Source: Eledone cirrhosa
Lineage: Eukaryota
Direction of reading: 5' to 3'
Length of the DNA stretch: 64,000 nt
Assembly: GCA_964016885.1 (NCBI GenBank)
Contig: OZ024766.1
Span: 1,364,001 to 1,428,000 of the forward strand
This document shows positions 17,800 to 30,424 of the stretch, in pieces. Under the pieces are notes generated by a model that worked only from the letters and a program-made list of their open reading frames with translations, was not told the origin of the DNA and searched no databases. Numbering within the stretch: the first letter of the stretch is position 1; each line of letters begins with the position of its first letter. A program made the translations under genes and the position numbers.

Positions 17800-20597
17800 T
17801 TATTTATTCCCAATTTTTTTTTATATATTTCAGTTACCGAAAGAGAAATGCATGCTGTAGATCATCTCCAAACATGTGACCTCACAGGCATTGATGGGTA
17901 AGGTTGTTGTTGTTGTTTTCGGTGGTGGTGGTGGTGGTGGGGGGGGGGGGGGGGGGGGGGGGGGTCGATCCTACACAGAGAGCTAGCCTCCTCCTTGTAA
18001 AATGGTGTTTCACCCACTTCGTTCTGAGAGCTTGCTCTTGCGCAGCCATTAGTATTCCTTCTGTAACCTTTTTAAGGTCCTCCTCTTTTTAACCAGTTCC
18101 ATGTCTGTGGATCTCTAAATTCAGTTTTATTATTATTATTATTATTATTATTCGGTGGATCGGCAGTATCGGTAGAGGGTCGGACGCCAATGCTTTCCAG
18201 CATAGAGTTACGTCCCTTTACGATCTGAGTTCAAATCCTGCCGAGGTTGACTTTGCCTTTCATCCTTACTGGGTCGATAAAATAAAGTACCAGTAATGCA
18301 CTGAGGTAATTGCTGGCCTTGTGCCTAAAGTAGAAACAATTATTATTATTATATTTTATAAAATAAAGTACCAGTAATACACTGAGGTAATTGCTGGCCT
18401 TGTGCCTAAAGTAGAAACATTATTATTATTATATTTTATAAAATAAAGTACCAGTAATACACTGGAGTAATTGCTGGCCTTGTGCCTAAAGTAGAAATAA
18501 TTATTATTATTGTTATTATTATTGTTGTTATTGTTGTTGTTCAGCATCATTGCAGTGGGTGGAGATGGTATGTACTCAGAGGTAATGAACGCCTGGTGAT
18601 GCGGACACAAAAGGATGCTGGAGTAGATCACAACACACCTGGAGCTCACATACAACCATGCGATATTCCTATTGGTGTTATACCTGCAGGTAATAATTAT
18701 CTCCCTACCTCTCATATATCTATCTATCTATCTGTCTGTCTGTCTATCTATCTCTTTGTCCCCCTTTTCTTGTTGCGCCCTTGTGGCTAATAAAGAAATC
18801 TATCTCTTAGATAGGAAAACGTTGTGCCAGTCTCGCTGGTAAGTTTTTGTCTTTTTTGCATACAAAAAACAAAAATTATTTATTAAAAAATATGCCATTT
18901 TGTAGATTGACTCCTCGTCTGAATTGTCAGTGGGTCAGGCATCTCATTTTTCGCCTCAGAATAAATGAAACAAAAAGAGTCACCCGCAAAGCCACGAAAA
19001 CAACAACGCTACAATCAAACCCCTACCCCTCCTACCAGCAAAACAACACCAACACCACCCCGAACACAAATGCCCACCATCAAAAGAAAGCTACAAAATG
19101 AACAACAAACAAAAACAAACCCGCCACCTACATTTAAAACGAAGAGAGGTGGTTTTCCTCTGTATAGTGGCTATGGTGAAAGAGGTTATATGGTGGACAA
19201 GATTGAGAGGACTGAGGACAGATGCCTTTCTCTCCGGACAACAACTCATTCCTTCTTTAGCTACCACTTTAGAAGGAGAAATCAGAGTGGAAAGAGAAGG
19301 TACTGCACCCCAGCAAATTTACTGAAAGGTGGGTGAATGTGGCGAGAATGGCCCGAGTGATTGGGCCTTCTCTGTATATAAACCTGTAGGTTGAGGAAGA
19401 GAGCAAAAGGAAGAAAGGACCACTTGCACAACATGCTCCTGGAGTTGAGGGTTGTTCTATCTACGGGGTATTAAACAACCCATTTGTGGTGCCTCCCCCC
19501 TATTGGGGATTTCGATTGTTGAATTTGTTTGTTTCATATTTTTACACGACTGTATGTAAAATCCACGGCATGTGTCTTTGTTTTGTCCTCTTTTCTTGTG
19601 CGCCCTTGTGGCAAATAAAGAAATCTATCTATCTATCTATCTCAGGTTCAGGAGATGTCCTATGTATGTTTCTATATGGTAACAGAGATCCAGAGACGGC
19701 TGCCTTACACATCATCAAAGTAAGTTCTGTCACTCTGTCTGTCTGTCTGTCACTCTGTCTATCTGTCTCTCTGTCTATCTGTCTCTCTCTCTCTATCTCT
19801 CTCCCCCTCTCTCTGTACTACCACCACCAACCCTATCTAACACTATTGTCTAATACCTCAGGTTTTCAGAGGTCCACAAATATATACAGTGTCCACTATG
19901 GTCAACAACTGGCCTGCTACGCTGGTCTAATCCTTGGTTTTGGCTTCAGTGGAGCCATCATGCATTATTCCAATAAAAGGAGGTGGATGGGACAAGCCCG
20001 GTATTGCAGGTAGATATGTTTACTTCATGTTATAATACTTTTGGCACAAGGCCAGCAAAAACCCCAGTGTATTACTGGTACTTATATTTTATAAAATGTA
20101 ATAATATAATTGTTTCTACTTTTGGCACAAGGCCAGCAATTACCCCAGGGTATTACTGTACTTTATTATATAAAATATAATAATATAATTGTTTCTACTT
20201 TTGGCACAAGGCCAGCAATTATCCCAGTGTATTACTGGTACTTTATTTTATGAAATATAATTGTTTCTACTTTTGGCACAAGGCCAGCTATTACCCCAGT
20301 GTATTACTGGTACTTTATTTTATAAATATAATTGTTTCTACTTTTGGCACAAGGCCAGCAATTATTGTTGTGACACCACGGTAAAAACCTCTCAGTCCAC
20401 ACTGTAAACGTGGTTGGTGTGTTAAGAAGGGCATCCAGCCGTAGAAAACCTGCCAGATAGTCCTATACGAGCGAGACACGGTCACCTGACCAACCTTGCC
20501 CAATGATGATGATGATATACAGTATATATATATATAATTGTATGTATATATATATATATATATATACACACACTGTTATATATATATATATAAATTG

Positions 20598-20655
<58 letters not shown>

Positions 20656-20658
20656 TGT

Positions 20659-20702
<44 letters not shown>

Positions 20703-20771
20703 TGTTATATATATATATATATAATTGTATATATATATATATACACACACTGTTATATATATATATATATA

Positions 20772-20814
<43 letters not shown>

Positions 20815-20858
20815 TGTTATATATATATATATATAATTGTATATATATATATATATAT

Positions 20859-20898
<40 letters not shown>

Positions 20899-20912
20899 TA
20901 TAATTGTATATA

Positions 20913-20982
<70 letters not shown>

Positions 20983-21023
20983 GTATATATATATATATAT
21001 AATTGTATATATATATATATATA

Positions 21024-21075
<52 letters not shown>

Positions 21076-21139
21076 TTGTATATATATATATATATAATGT
21101 ATATATATATATATATAATTGTATATATATATATATATA

Positions 21140-21178
<39 letters not shown>

Positions 21179-21191
21179 GTATATATATATA

Positions 21192-21256
<65 letters not shown>

Positions 21257-21296
21257 AATATATAATTGTATATATATATATATATATATATAATTG

Positions 21297-21350
<54 letters not shown>

Positions 21351-21353
21351 ATA

Positions 21354-21435
<82 letters not shown>

Positions 21436-21588
21436 GGAAAAAGAACAAAGGAACTTTTATGACATTACAACAAGTTTATTGCCGACAGCCGTTTCGCTAG
21501 CTACCGTCGCATGTTTGGTAGGTCAGGCGTGATCATCGCGATTTACATACAACCTACCATACATCTTGCTTATATATATATATATATA

Positions 21589-21619
<31 letters not shown>

Positions 21620-23125
21620 ACGCAGTTATATATATATATATACTATATGACAGTGATGTTCTCTTTGTGTTACAGTAACCATATTTGTTTCGATGATAAA
21701 ACATGCCTTCTACAAGATGAATGTTAAATACGCACAGGACTGTGATACTAGCCAAGATGATATCAAGTAAGTATATACCCACCTATATATGTATTTATAT
21801 ATGTGTATATACATATACACATATATGTATATACATATATAGATCTCTGATGTAATCCATAAGACCCATCTTCCCATAGACACAAGCTTAAGTATAATTA
21901 TAGTATACACCACCTCCACATCCATCCCACCTCCTCTTCCATACACCTCTCATGAGTACATATATATATATATATATATGTATGCATGTATGCTCTGATG
22001 ATTCTGCCATGGTGTATGGATGAAACACTGTTAGCTAATAAAACAATGTATTTCTAAGTACTCTTTGGTTATTCCTATAACTATATATGTATATGTATGT
22101 ATGTATATGTATCTATGTATGTGTATGTATGTATGTGTATGTATATATATATATTGAATTGGTGTGCCCTGAGTGTGGAAAGATTTTCTTGAGCAAATCT
22201 GGTCTCAGGAGCCACAGTTGCAGCCATGTTCAAAGAGAACCAGTGAACTATGATCTCCACGGTATTGTGAGGGGTTCACGAGCAACCTGATGCAAGACCT
22301 GAGGGCCAGGGAGATCCATAGTTGTTGTCAGTGTGTGAAGGAGTGCAAGTCCCTAGCAGGCTAGAAAAGCCATATCCGAGCATCACACATCTGAATCTGA
22401 CAAGTGATTGCAATACTCTTAGCAGAGTTTTTCAGCCATCATGTGTATATATTATATATATATATATATGCCGGCGGACTAAACCGGCAACCCCAGCAAG
22501 CTAGCTTGGTCGAGGAGGATGATATTTGGACACCCTACGGGAGGAAATACAAGACCCAGCAAAGGGCGGAGGAACTCAGTAGAGTCAACAGCCATCCAAA
22601 TAGTAATTTTTTTTGTTTAACTTGGGAGTGAATGGCCCCCAGTTGTTGTCACAAAACCTTTCTAGAAGAGGAAAACTCTGAAAATAAACACCTGCGACTT
22701 CAGAAGCATCCGATGATGTTGACCAGTTCTCCTTTTCAGGTAGTGTTTTCGATGCTCAGAGAGTTGGATTGGTCGAGTGCAAGGCCTTTCCCCACTTAAA
22801 AAATCCTTCAAATCACAGCCATTGCTTGTTCAGGATCTGTTACAGGTTTGTGTGGCAGGCCGTAGCCTAAAAGTGCACCAAACTCTATAATCTGACAAGC
22901 AATTGCAATACTCTTAGCAGAGTTTGCAGCCAACATATAAATTATGTATATATAATTTCTTTACACATTTATGCAGTTTACTAATAAGTCCTTAAGCAAG
23001 TTAACAACCTCTTCTTGTGTTTTTCAGATCCAGTGATACAACTTCCCCAACTATAGAAGATGGTGAGTTGGTATTACATTTTAATGGGTTTCTACATATA
23101 TACATACTCTACTATATACATACAT

Positions 23126-23158
<33 letters not shown>

Positions 23159-23255
23159 CATATATATACATATATATACATATACATATATATATACATA
23201 TATATACATATACATATATATATACATATATATACTATACATATATATATAATAT

Positions 23256-23296
<41 letters not shown>

Positions 23297-23659
23297 TATA
23301 TACATATACATATACATATACATAAACATATATATATACATATATATATACATTATATATACATATATATATACATATACATATACATATACATATACTA
23401 TGATATATATACATATATATTATACATATATATACATATATATATACATAATATATATCATATATATATACATATATATACATATATATATACATATATA
23501 TACATATATATATACACATATATATACACATATATATACACATATATATACATATATATATATACATATATATATACATATATATATACATATATATATA
23601 CATATATATACATATATATATACATATACATATATATATATATATACATATATATATAC

Positions 23660-23700
<41 letters not shown>

Positions 23701-25402
23701 TATATTAAAACATTTTCTTTCTATTTTAAATATAGTGAAGATATCAAACCTCAGTGGAGATTTCCACAGTGTCGAGAGCTGGGTTGTTACCCTTGTAAAG
23801 AATGGTGACGACTTGACCCCTATGTTTGGTGACACAGCAGGGACCGTGGTGGTGATCAGAAAATGTGGACGTTTGCAGCACCTGAAATACCTTAACGAGC
23901 TTTATAAGATGAAGAGTGTGTGTGTGAGTATATATTATTTATATATATATATGTGTGTGTGTATGTGTGTGAGTATCTTTATATATATATATATATATTT
24001 GAAATATATATAATAAAATAAATATGGTTTTATAAAGATAGTTTCCATTTATTAATATTATTGATATTATACTCCAGAAGAATTTTATAGAGTGCTTCTA
24101 ATCTGTTATAAACTAAATTTGTTGAATAATCAACAAATTAAATAACCCATTGCTTATATATATATATATATATATTATATAACAAGGTAAAAACCTCCCA
24201 GTCCACACTGTAAATGTGGTTGGTGTCAGGAAGGGCATCCAGCCGTAGAAAACCTGCCAGATAGTCCTATATGAGCGAGACACGGTCACCCGACCAACCT
24301 TGCCTCAAGTGGGACAACTCCCGTCTAACTCATTCTAGCGTGGAAGATGGACGTTTAAACGATGATGACGACATATATATTAGAAAGTAAACCACAACAC
24401 AAAATATAACTAACGCCCTTTGGTGATGTCCAGCAGAAGCAAGGGGGGCAACCGTCTATGCATTTCAGGCTTAACTGGCCTTCGTCAGGACGGTCCCTCC
24501 CATCGCTTGCGACTGCTGGACTAGAAGACAGCTGAGAATATATACTTTTCTCGTCTGTGTAAATGAGGTGATTAATCTCATTATATATATATACATATAA
24601 CAGTGTTATATTTCTTAATTTCCATGCCATTACCAACAACCAGTATGAGAACGACTTCATCAAAGTAGCAAAAACTTTGACTTACCATATAAAATTCCCT
24701 CACAACTCAAACGACACACCTAAGAATTACCTGAACTGTGATGGCAATGCACTCACTGTGCCTTCAAATGATTTTAGTATAAGGTAAGCAGGATTTTTAA
24801 CTGTCTGTCTATCTGTCTGTCAATTTATCTGTCTGTCTGTCTGTCTGTCTATCTATCAGTCTACATACCTGCCTGTCTTATATATATAAATAAGTACTTA
24901 ATAAAATACACCCAGCACACTCTGTAAAGTGGTAGTGTTGGTGTCATGATAAAATACACCCAGTACACTCTGTAAAGTGGTAGTGTTGGTGTCATGATAA
25001 AATACACCCAGTACACTCTGTAAAGTGGTAGTGTTGGTGTCATGATAAAATACACCCAGTACACTCTGTAAAGTGGTAGTGTTGGTGTCATGATAAAATA
25101 CACCCAGTACACTCTGTAAAGTGGTAGTGTTTGTGTCATGATAAAATACACCCAGTACTCTCTGTGGTCTCACTCAAACTCACACTCACTGAACCTCCCT
25201 CTCCCTTTTACTCATTCTCTCCCATGCAATCTCTCTCACTCACTCATTCTCTCTCGTTCTTTCTCTCCCTCTTTCTTACTCCCTCTCACACTCTCACTCA
25301 ATCTCCCTCACTCACACTCTCACTCAATTTATTTACAGTGTCCTCCAGAATGTTGTGTCCCTATTTGGCAAGGAACCTGAGATGACAATCACCAAGCTAT
25401 GA
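15032..25402 (+). CDS. CERK: Ceramide kinase-like (DAGK/sphingosine kinase fold) multi-exon gene, 5' end not found; possible pseudogene or assembly indels
   Basis: 11 AG/GT-bounded exons collinear with CERK motifs: [62 protein letters not shown]. Confidence 0.88.
15627..15726 (+). mobile_element. CR1/L2-type LINE ORF2 C-terminal fragment
   Basis: Peptide [22 protein letters not shown] matches the typical R..FF..R....WN.LP..VV motif. Confidence 0.7.
15722..15985. repeat. 48-bp minisatellite (about 5.5 copies) derived from a SINE internal segment
   Basis: GACACCTACATGACCACTTTACAGTGTGGACTGGGT repeats; reverse complement of 12780-12865. Confidence 0.9.
16005..17075 (+). mobile_element. Cluster of three Tx1-like 3' ends plus a SINE fragment (16445-16625)
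   Basis: ..TGGCAAATAAA(G)AAA or similar followed by (TATC)n at about 16140, 16690 and 17050. Confidence 0.7.
17105..17233 (+). CDS. CERK: CERK-like exon (DAGKc start)
   Basis: [42 protein letters not shown]; ttccAG / GTAAGA. Confidence 0.93.
17371..17768 (+). mobile_element. Near-full-length tRNA-headed SINE (family 1) with RTE tail
   Basis: A box TGGCTTAGTGG, degenerate B box GAGTTAAATTC, TCCTTGAGCAAGACACTT core, (GAT)n tail. Confidence 0.9.
17834..17897 (+). CDS. CERK: CERK-like exon
   Basis: [21 protein letters not shown]; tttcAG / GTAAGG. Confidence 0.9.
18153..18510 (+). mobile_element. SINE (family 3) with tRNA-like head and triplicated tail
   Basis: B box GAGTTCAAATCC; same core and tail as 12205-12482. 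Confidence 0.85.
18545..18689 (+). CDS. CERK: CERK-like exon with GGDG motif; 1-nt deletion near 18591
   Basis: [15 protein letters not shown], then a frame change to [33 protein letters not shown]. Confidence 0.9.
18808..19642 (+). mobile_element. Tx1-like LINE 3' fragment (19120-19642), possibly joined to its own 5' end
   Basis: Peptide [20 protein letters not shown]; 3' UTR, AATAAAGAAA, (TATC)n. Confidence 0.7.
19646..19719 (+). CDS. CERK: CERK-like exon
   Basis: [25 protein letters not shown]; ctcAG / GTAAGT. Confidence 0.9.
19862..20009 (+). CDS. CERK: CERK-like exon
   Basis: [47 protein letters not shown]; donor GTAGAT. Confidence 0.9.
20035..20365 (-). repeat. Tandem copies (about 5) of the family-3 SINE 3' end
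   Basis: TGTTTCTACTTTTGGCACAAGGCCAGCAATTACCCCAGTGTATTACTGGTACTTT repeated. Confidence 0.9.
21676..21766 (+). CDS. CERK: CERK-like exon
   Basis: gtgttacAG / GTAAGT; [29 protein letters not shown]. Confidence 0.8.
21992..22035 (+). ncRNA. Minimal hammerhead-like motif followed by AATAAA
   Basis: GCT-CTGATGA-TTCTGCCATGGTGTATGGAT-GAAAC-ACT-GTT-AGC; short, weak stems. Confidence 0.55.
22157..22442 (+). mobile_element. 3' end of an RTE-type LINE with two decayed C2H2 zinc fingers
   Basis: [21 protein letters not shown], then a frameshifted [18 protein letters not shown]; tail GCAATACTCTTAGCAGAGTT..CAGCCATCAT. Confidence 0.65.
22470..22936 (+). mobile_element. Bipartite (5' UTR + 3' tail) non-autonomous RTE derivative
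   Basis: Collinear with the reverse complement of 40838-41430; same tail as 22400-22442. Confidence 0.7.
23028..23062 (+). CDS. CERK: CERK-like micro-exon
   Basis: ttttcAG / GTGAGT; [11 protein letters not shown]; phases match both neighbours. Confidence 0.75.
23736..23923 (+). CDS. CERK: CERK-like exon
   Basis: [38 protein letters not shown]; donor GTGAGT. Confidence 0.85.
24451..24494 (-). ncRNA. Type I minimal hammerhead ribozyme, intact
   Basis: Reverse complement ACCGTC-CTGACGA-AGGC-CAGTTAA-GCCT-GAAA-TGCA-TA-GACGGT: perfect stems I and II, 1-bp stem III with a palindromic tetraloop. Confidence 0.88.
24644..24783 (+). CDS. CERK: CERK-like exon with NCDG motif
   Basis: [30 protein letters not shown]; cAG / GTAAGC. 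Confidence 0.88.
24900..25165. repeat. 48-bp minisatellite (about 5.5 copies), SINE-segment derived
   Basis: ATAAAATACACCCAGTACACTCTGTAAAGTGGTAGTGTTGGTGTCATG repeats. Confidence 0.93.
25339..25402 (+). CDS. CERK: CERK-like terminal exon
   Basis: tttacAG; [23 protein letters not shown]. Confidence 0.85.
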
Positions 25403-26066
25403 AGAATACTCAGCCACACTCACACTCCACATCATAGCCACAATCCACCTCACACTCACTCTCCACATCATAGCCACACTCCACCTTACACTCCACACAT
25501 CAGCCACACTCTCATACCGCACCTCACGGCCGCACACCACACATTAGCCAGACACACTCCACAACCACTCTCACACTCCACAACCACACTCACACTCCAC
25601 AACCACACTCACACTCCATAGCCACAATCCACACATCAGAGCCATACTCACACTCACACTCACAGCGACACACATACTCACAGCATCACTCACACTCACA
25701 GCCACAGGCACACTCACAGCTACACTCATAGAATGAAATAGTGCTCCAACATGGCCAGTCTATCAACACTTTAACTTGATGATGGTGATGGTGGTGGTGG
25801 TGATGGTGGTGGCAGTGGTGGTGATGCAATCAATAAAGAAAGTTAATTATATGCATACATATATACATAGATACATATATATATACACAAACATATATAC
25901 ATACATACATATATATATATATATGCTTATATATACATACATACATATATATATATATACAATCATATATATATACATACATATATATTCACAATCATAT
26001 ATATACACACACATATATATAAAACATATATACACACACACATATATATATATAAACATATATACG

Positions 26067-26116
<50 letters not shown>

Positions 26117-26626
26117 TACGCACATATATATATATAAACATACATACACACACATATATGTGTGTGTGTGTGTGTAAAAAGTAAACAGAAACAACACAGT
26201 ACAATGAAAAGATATATTAGTTTAACACTTGAAATACAAGGGGAGAGAGTCTTAAAGTTTGAACACACACACACACACACATATATATCTATATCTATAT
26301 ATATATATATATATTTAGAAACACACAGATCCGCATGTATCTGTGTGTTTCTAAATATATTGTTCATAACTCCCTCTGGTCGAGTAATCTTTGAAGTGTG
26401 GTGACTGCTGGAAAGCTGCCATTACTCATGACTTCTCGCCTCCCTCACCACCTCTTCTACGGCTTCGATATAAATACCCCCTCCGCCTCCGTGGTATTTT
26501 CTTCGGGGTTATAAGAGGCTTAGCTCTGTTTCTCGACCGTTATATCGCGTGACTATCTCCCCCTCCGCCTTTTGGGATTCTTTCTCACGTCATGTAGACG
26601 CGTTCTTGAAGCTAGAAAACGAGGTA

Positions 26627-26716
26627 TCCTCTTGATAAGTCGGCAGACCTCGCAAGGGCTGTATATCTTTATGATGTATTGTTTTTGTTTATGCCACGAA
26701 ACTACGTAGTCGAGGA
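26627..26716 (+). ncRNA. Decayed hammerhead motif
   Basis: TCCTC-TTGATAA-GTCGGCA..TGCCAC-GAAAC-TACGTA-GTC-GAGGA; two core substitutions. Confidence 0.55.
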
Positions 26717-26782
26717 ATCTAGGAGCAGTTTAGGTATGATACATTTTATTACTAATTATATCTAAATGTTTCTTCTCTCTTC

Positions 26783-26818
<36 letters not shown>

Positions 26819-26864
26819 TATACATGCATATATATATATAATTTGTTACAAACAGTGACATTTA

Positions 26865-26912
26865 CAGGTACTTAAGTTTCATTGGGTTATGCACCCCAAC
26901 TCATTCAACTTG
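26865..26912 (-). ncRNA. Decayed minimal hammerhead inside short inverted repeats (about 26840-26937)
   Basis: Reverse complement CAAG-TTGAATGA-GTTGGGGTGCATAACCCAAT-GAAAC-TTAA-GTA-CCTG. Confidence 0.5.
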
Positions 26913-27212
26913 AATATGTCACTGTTGTAACTAATTATACTTAACTCATCCTATAGACTGAGCACTCTTACTCTTGGATATTTCTAGCTAACTTTTACTA
27001 CAGTACACATACATACACACATTAAAGACGTGTGTATATATAAATATATATATATAGAGAGAGAGAATTGGTAACGCAACAGTTAGTTGAAACAACTGTT
27101 CTCAGCATGGTGAACTAACTGTTGTGTTACCACTTCTACCTAACTTATCCCATGGACTGCGTGCTCTACCACTACGAATATTACGTTCCAGTGTTCTACC
27201 TCTCTCTCTCTC

Positions 27213-27277
<65 letters not shown>

Positions 27278-27893
27278 GTAGTCACTGAAAGATGCAGACA
27301 TTCAATGGTAAGTTCTGACCTAATCTAGGCCATACAGAAATGGATATTTGTCCTGTAGTCTGTGCATCGAGGAACAAATAAATATCTTGCAGGGATTATA
27401 TAATAATACCTCTGTAAATACAAGATCTGACTTCTTTAATCACAGCCCTCACGCATCAAAGTACATGTTACATAACTACAAGGACCAAGACTAATTTTAC
27501 CCAGAATCAAGACAATTGGTTCCCTTTTAACAGTCTAACATCAGTTGTCTCCCTTGACCACGTCCATGCAGAAGCACTGGACAGCTCAAATACACCTCCA
27601 TTGAGTTGAAAATCCGTTGGGTGAAAGATGTGTCCTTGAGTATGGTTTGTTAATTTGTTGTGAAACTAACTTTATATATATATATATGTATATATATATA
27701 TACAGAGACATACACACACATATATATAGAGAGAGAGACATACACACACACACATATATATACATACACACACACATATATATATAATATACACACACAT
27801 ATATATATAGAGAGAGAGAGACATACACACACATATATATATAGAGAGACATACACACATACACATATATATACATACACACATACACACACA

Positions 27894-27933
<40 letters not shown>

Positions 27934-28219
27934 AGTGCGTATGTATCAAAATCAAAATAATAAATCCAATAACGACAAAAGTGCCAAAAAAAAAATCCAG
28001 AATGAGATTGTGGGGAGGGTGGGGAATAAAATAATTTTTATCTCAAATGACGCCAGTATATAGCTGGTACCAAAGTATCTAACGACAAGCAACAGTGGTG
28101 TTGGCAGGAATATATCCAGTATGTGAAGGACGAGGAACTAAATTCTGCTCAAATATATTGACCGACGCTCTTCCGACTCCAACATTTCTTCTTTACATTT
28201 AAATAAAAAATGTTTAATG

Positions 28220-28288
28220 GTTATATATATATATATGTATATGTGTATATATATTATATATATATATATATGTGTATATATATATATA

Positions 28289-28361
<73 letters not shown>

Positions 28362-28382
28362 ATATATATATATATATATGTG

Positions 28383-28431
<49 letters not shown>

Positions 28432-28528
28432 GTATATATGTATATGTATATGTATATATGTATATATATATATGTATATATATATATGTATATGTATATA
28501 TATATGTATATATGTATATATATATATG

Positions 28529-28627
<99 letters not shown>

Positions 28628-28628
28628 G

Positions 28629-28659
<31 letters not shown>

Positions 28660-28684
28660 GTATATATATATATGTATATATATG

Positions 28685-28731
<47 letters not shown>

Positions 28732-28746
28732 GTATATATATATATG

Positions 28747-28828
<82 letters not shown>

Positions 28829-29066
28829 TGTATATATATGTATATATATGTATATATATGTATATGTATATATATGTATATATATGTATATGTATATATA
28901 TATATGTATATATATATATGTATATATATGTATATATATATATATGTATATATATGTATATATATGTATATATATATATATGTATATATATGTATATATA
29001 TATATATGTATATATATATGTATATATATGTATATGTATATATATGTATATATATATATGTATATA

Positions 29067-29097
<31 letters not shown>

Positions 29098-29716
29098 TTA
29101 ATCATAAAAAATAATTATACATGCATACATAAATTTGTATATAATTTTACACATATATAATTATATTTATAGAAATATGTATATATATATATACATATAC
29201 ATATTTATAGAAATATATATGATATATCTTTATAGAAATATACATATATATATATTCAATATTAATAGATATATTTGCATATATATATAGTCACATAGAT
29301 ATATATATTTGCATATATACATGCATAATATACAAACACATTTAAACAAACACACAGACATATATATATATATGCATACATATATGTGTGTATATACATA
29401 TATGCATATATATATGCATATATATATATGCATATATATATGCATATATATATAAGCGTATATATATATATATATATATACAACATATATGTGTATATAT
29501 ATATATATGTGTATATATATATGCATATACATATGCATATATATACACACATATACATATATATACACATATATATACATACATATACACATATATATAC
29601 ATACATATATACATACACATACATACATACACATATATATACATATATGTAGTATATATATATGCATATTACATATGCATATATATATATATATATATAT
29701 ATATGCATATTACATA

Positions 29717-29763
<47 letters not shown>

Positions 29764-29770
29764 ATGTGTA
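28220..29770. repeat. TA/TATG/TGCA compound microsatellites
   Basis: Directly visible. Confidence 0.95.
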
Positions 29771-29893
29771 TACCTCAAGAATACACCTTTAATGCAGGTA
29801 TCTGCCAGACTGCTCAATAAAGTAAGTTGAATGCAATATAACCTCGCATGAGAACTGAATAACTGGCTCAAAAACCACAAGCGCCCACACATT

Positions 29894-29926
<33 letters not shown>

Positions 29927-29940
29927 TGATTATTAGTACA

Positions 29941-30424
29941 GGTAAAGCCTTTACTGTGAAAATACAATAGTATATATAGAGTAATGTAAATGTTATGTGA
30001 GATATTATGTGAGGTAAAGCCTTTACTGTGACAATACAATAGTATATATAGAGTAATGTAAATGTTATGTGAGATATTATGTGAGGTAAAGCCTTTACTG
30101 TGAAAATACAATAGTATAAATAGAGTAATGTAGATGTTATGTGAGATATTATGTGAGGTAAAGTCTTTATTGTGAAAATACAATAGTATATATAGAGTAA
30201 TGTAAATGTTATGTGAGATATTATGTGAGGTAAAGCCTTTCCTGTGACAATACAATAGTATATATAGAGTAATGTAAATGTTATGTGAGATATTATGTGA
30301 GGTAAAGCCTTTACTGTGACAATACAATAGTATATATAGAGTAATGTAAATGTTATGCGAGATATTATGTGAGGTAAAGCCTTTACTGTGAAAATACAAT
30401 AGTATATATAGAGTAATGTAAATG
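29941..30424. repeat. 72-bp minisatellite, about 6.7 copies
   Basis: GGTAAAGCCTTTACTGTGAAAATACAATAG.. starts at 29941 and recurs at 30013, 30085 and onward. Confidence 0.95.

Noticed and set aside
22157-22400. Host C2H2 zinc-finger gene exon
   Set aside because: Frameshifted, lacks TGEKP linkers and ends in a retroelement tail.
29941-30424. CRISPR-like regular repeats (also the 48-, 51- and 81-bp arrays)
   Set aside because: Head-to-tail repeats with no unique spacers, no cas genes, eukaryotic context.
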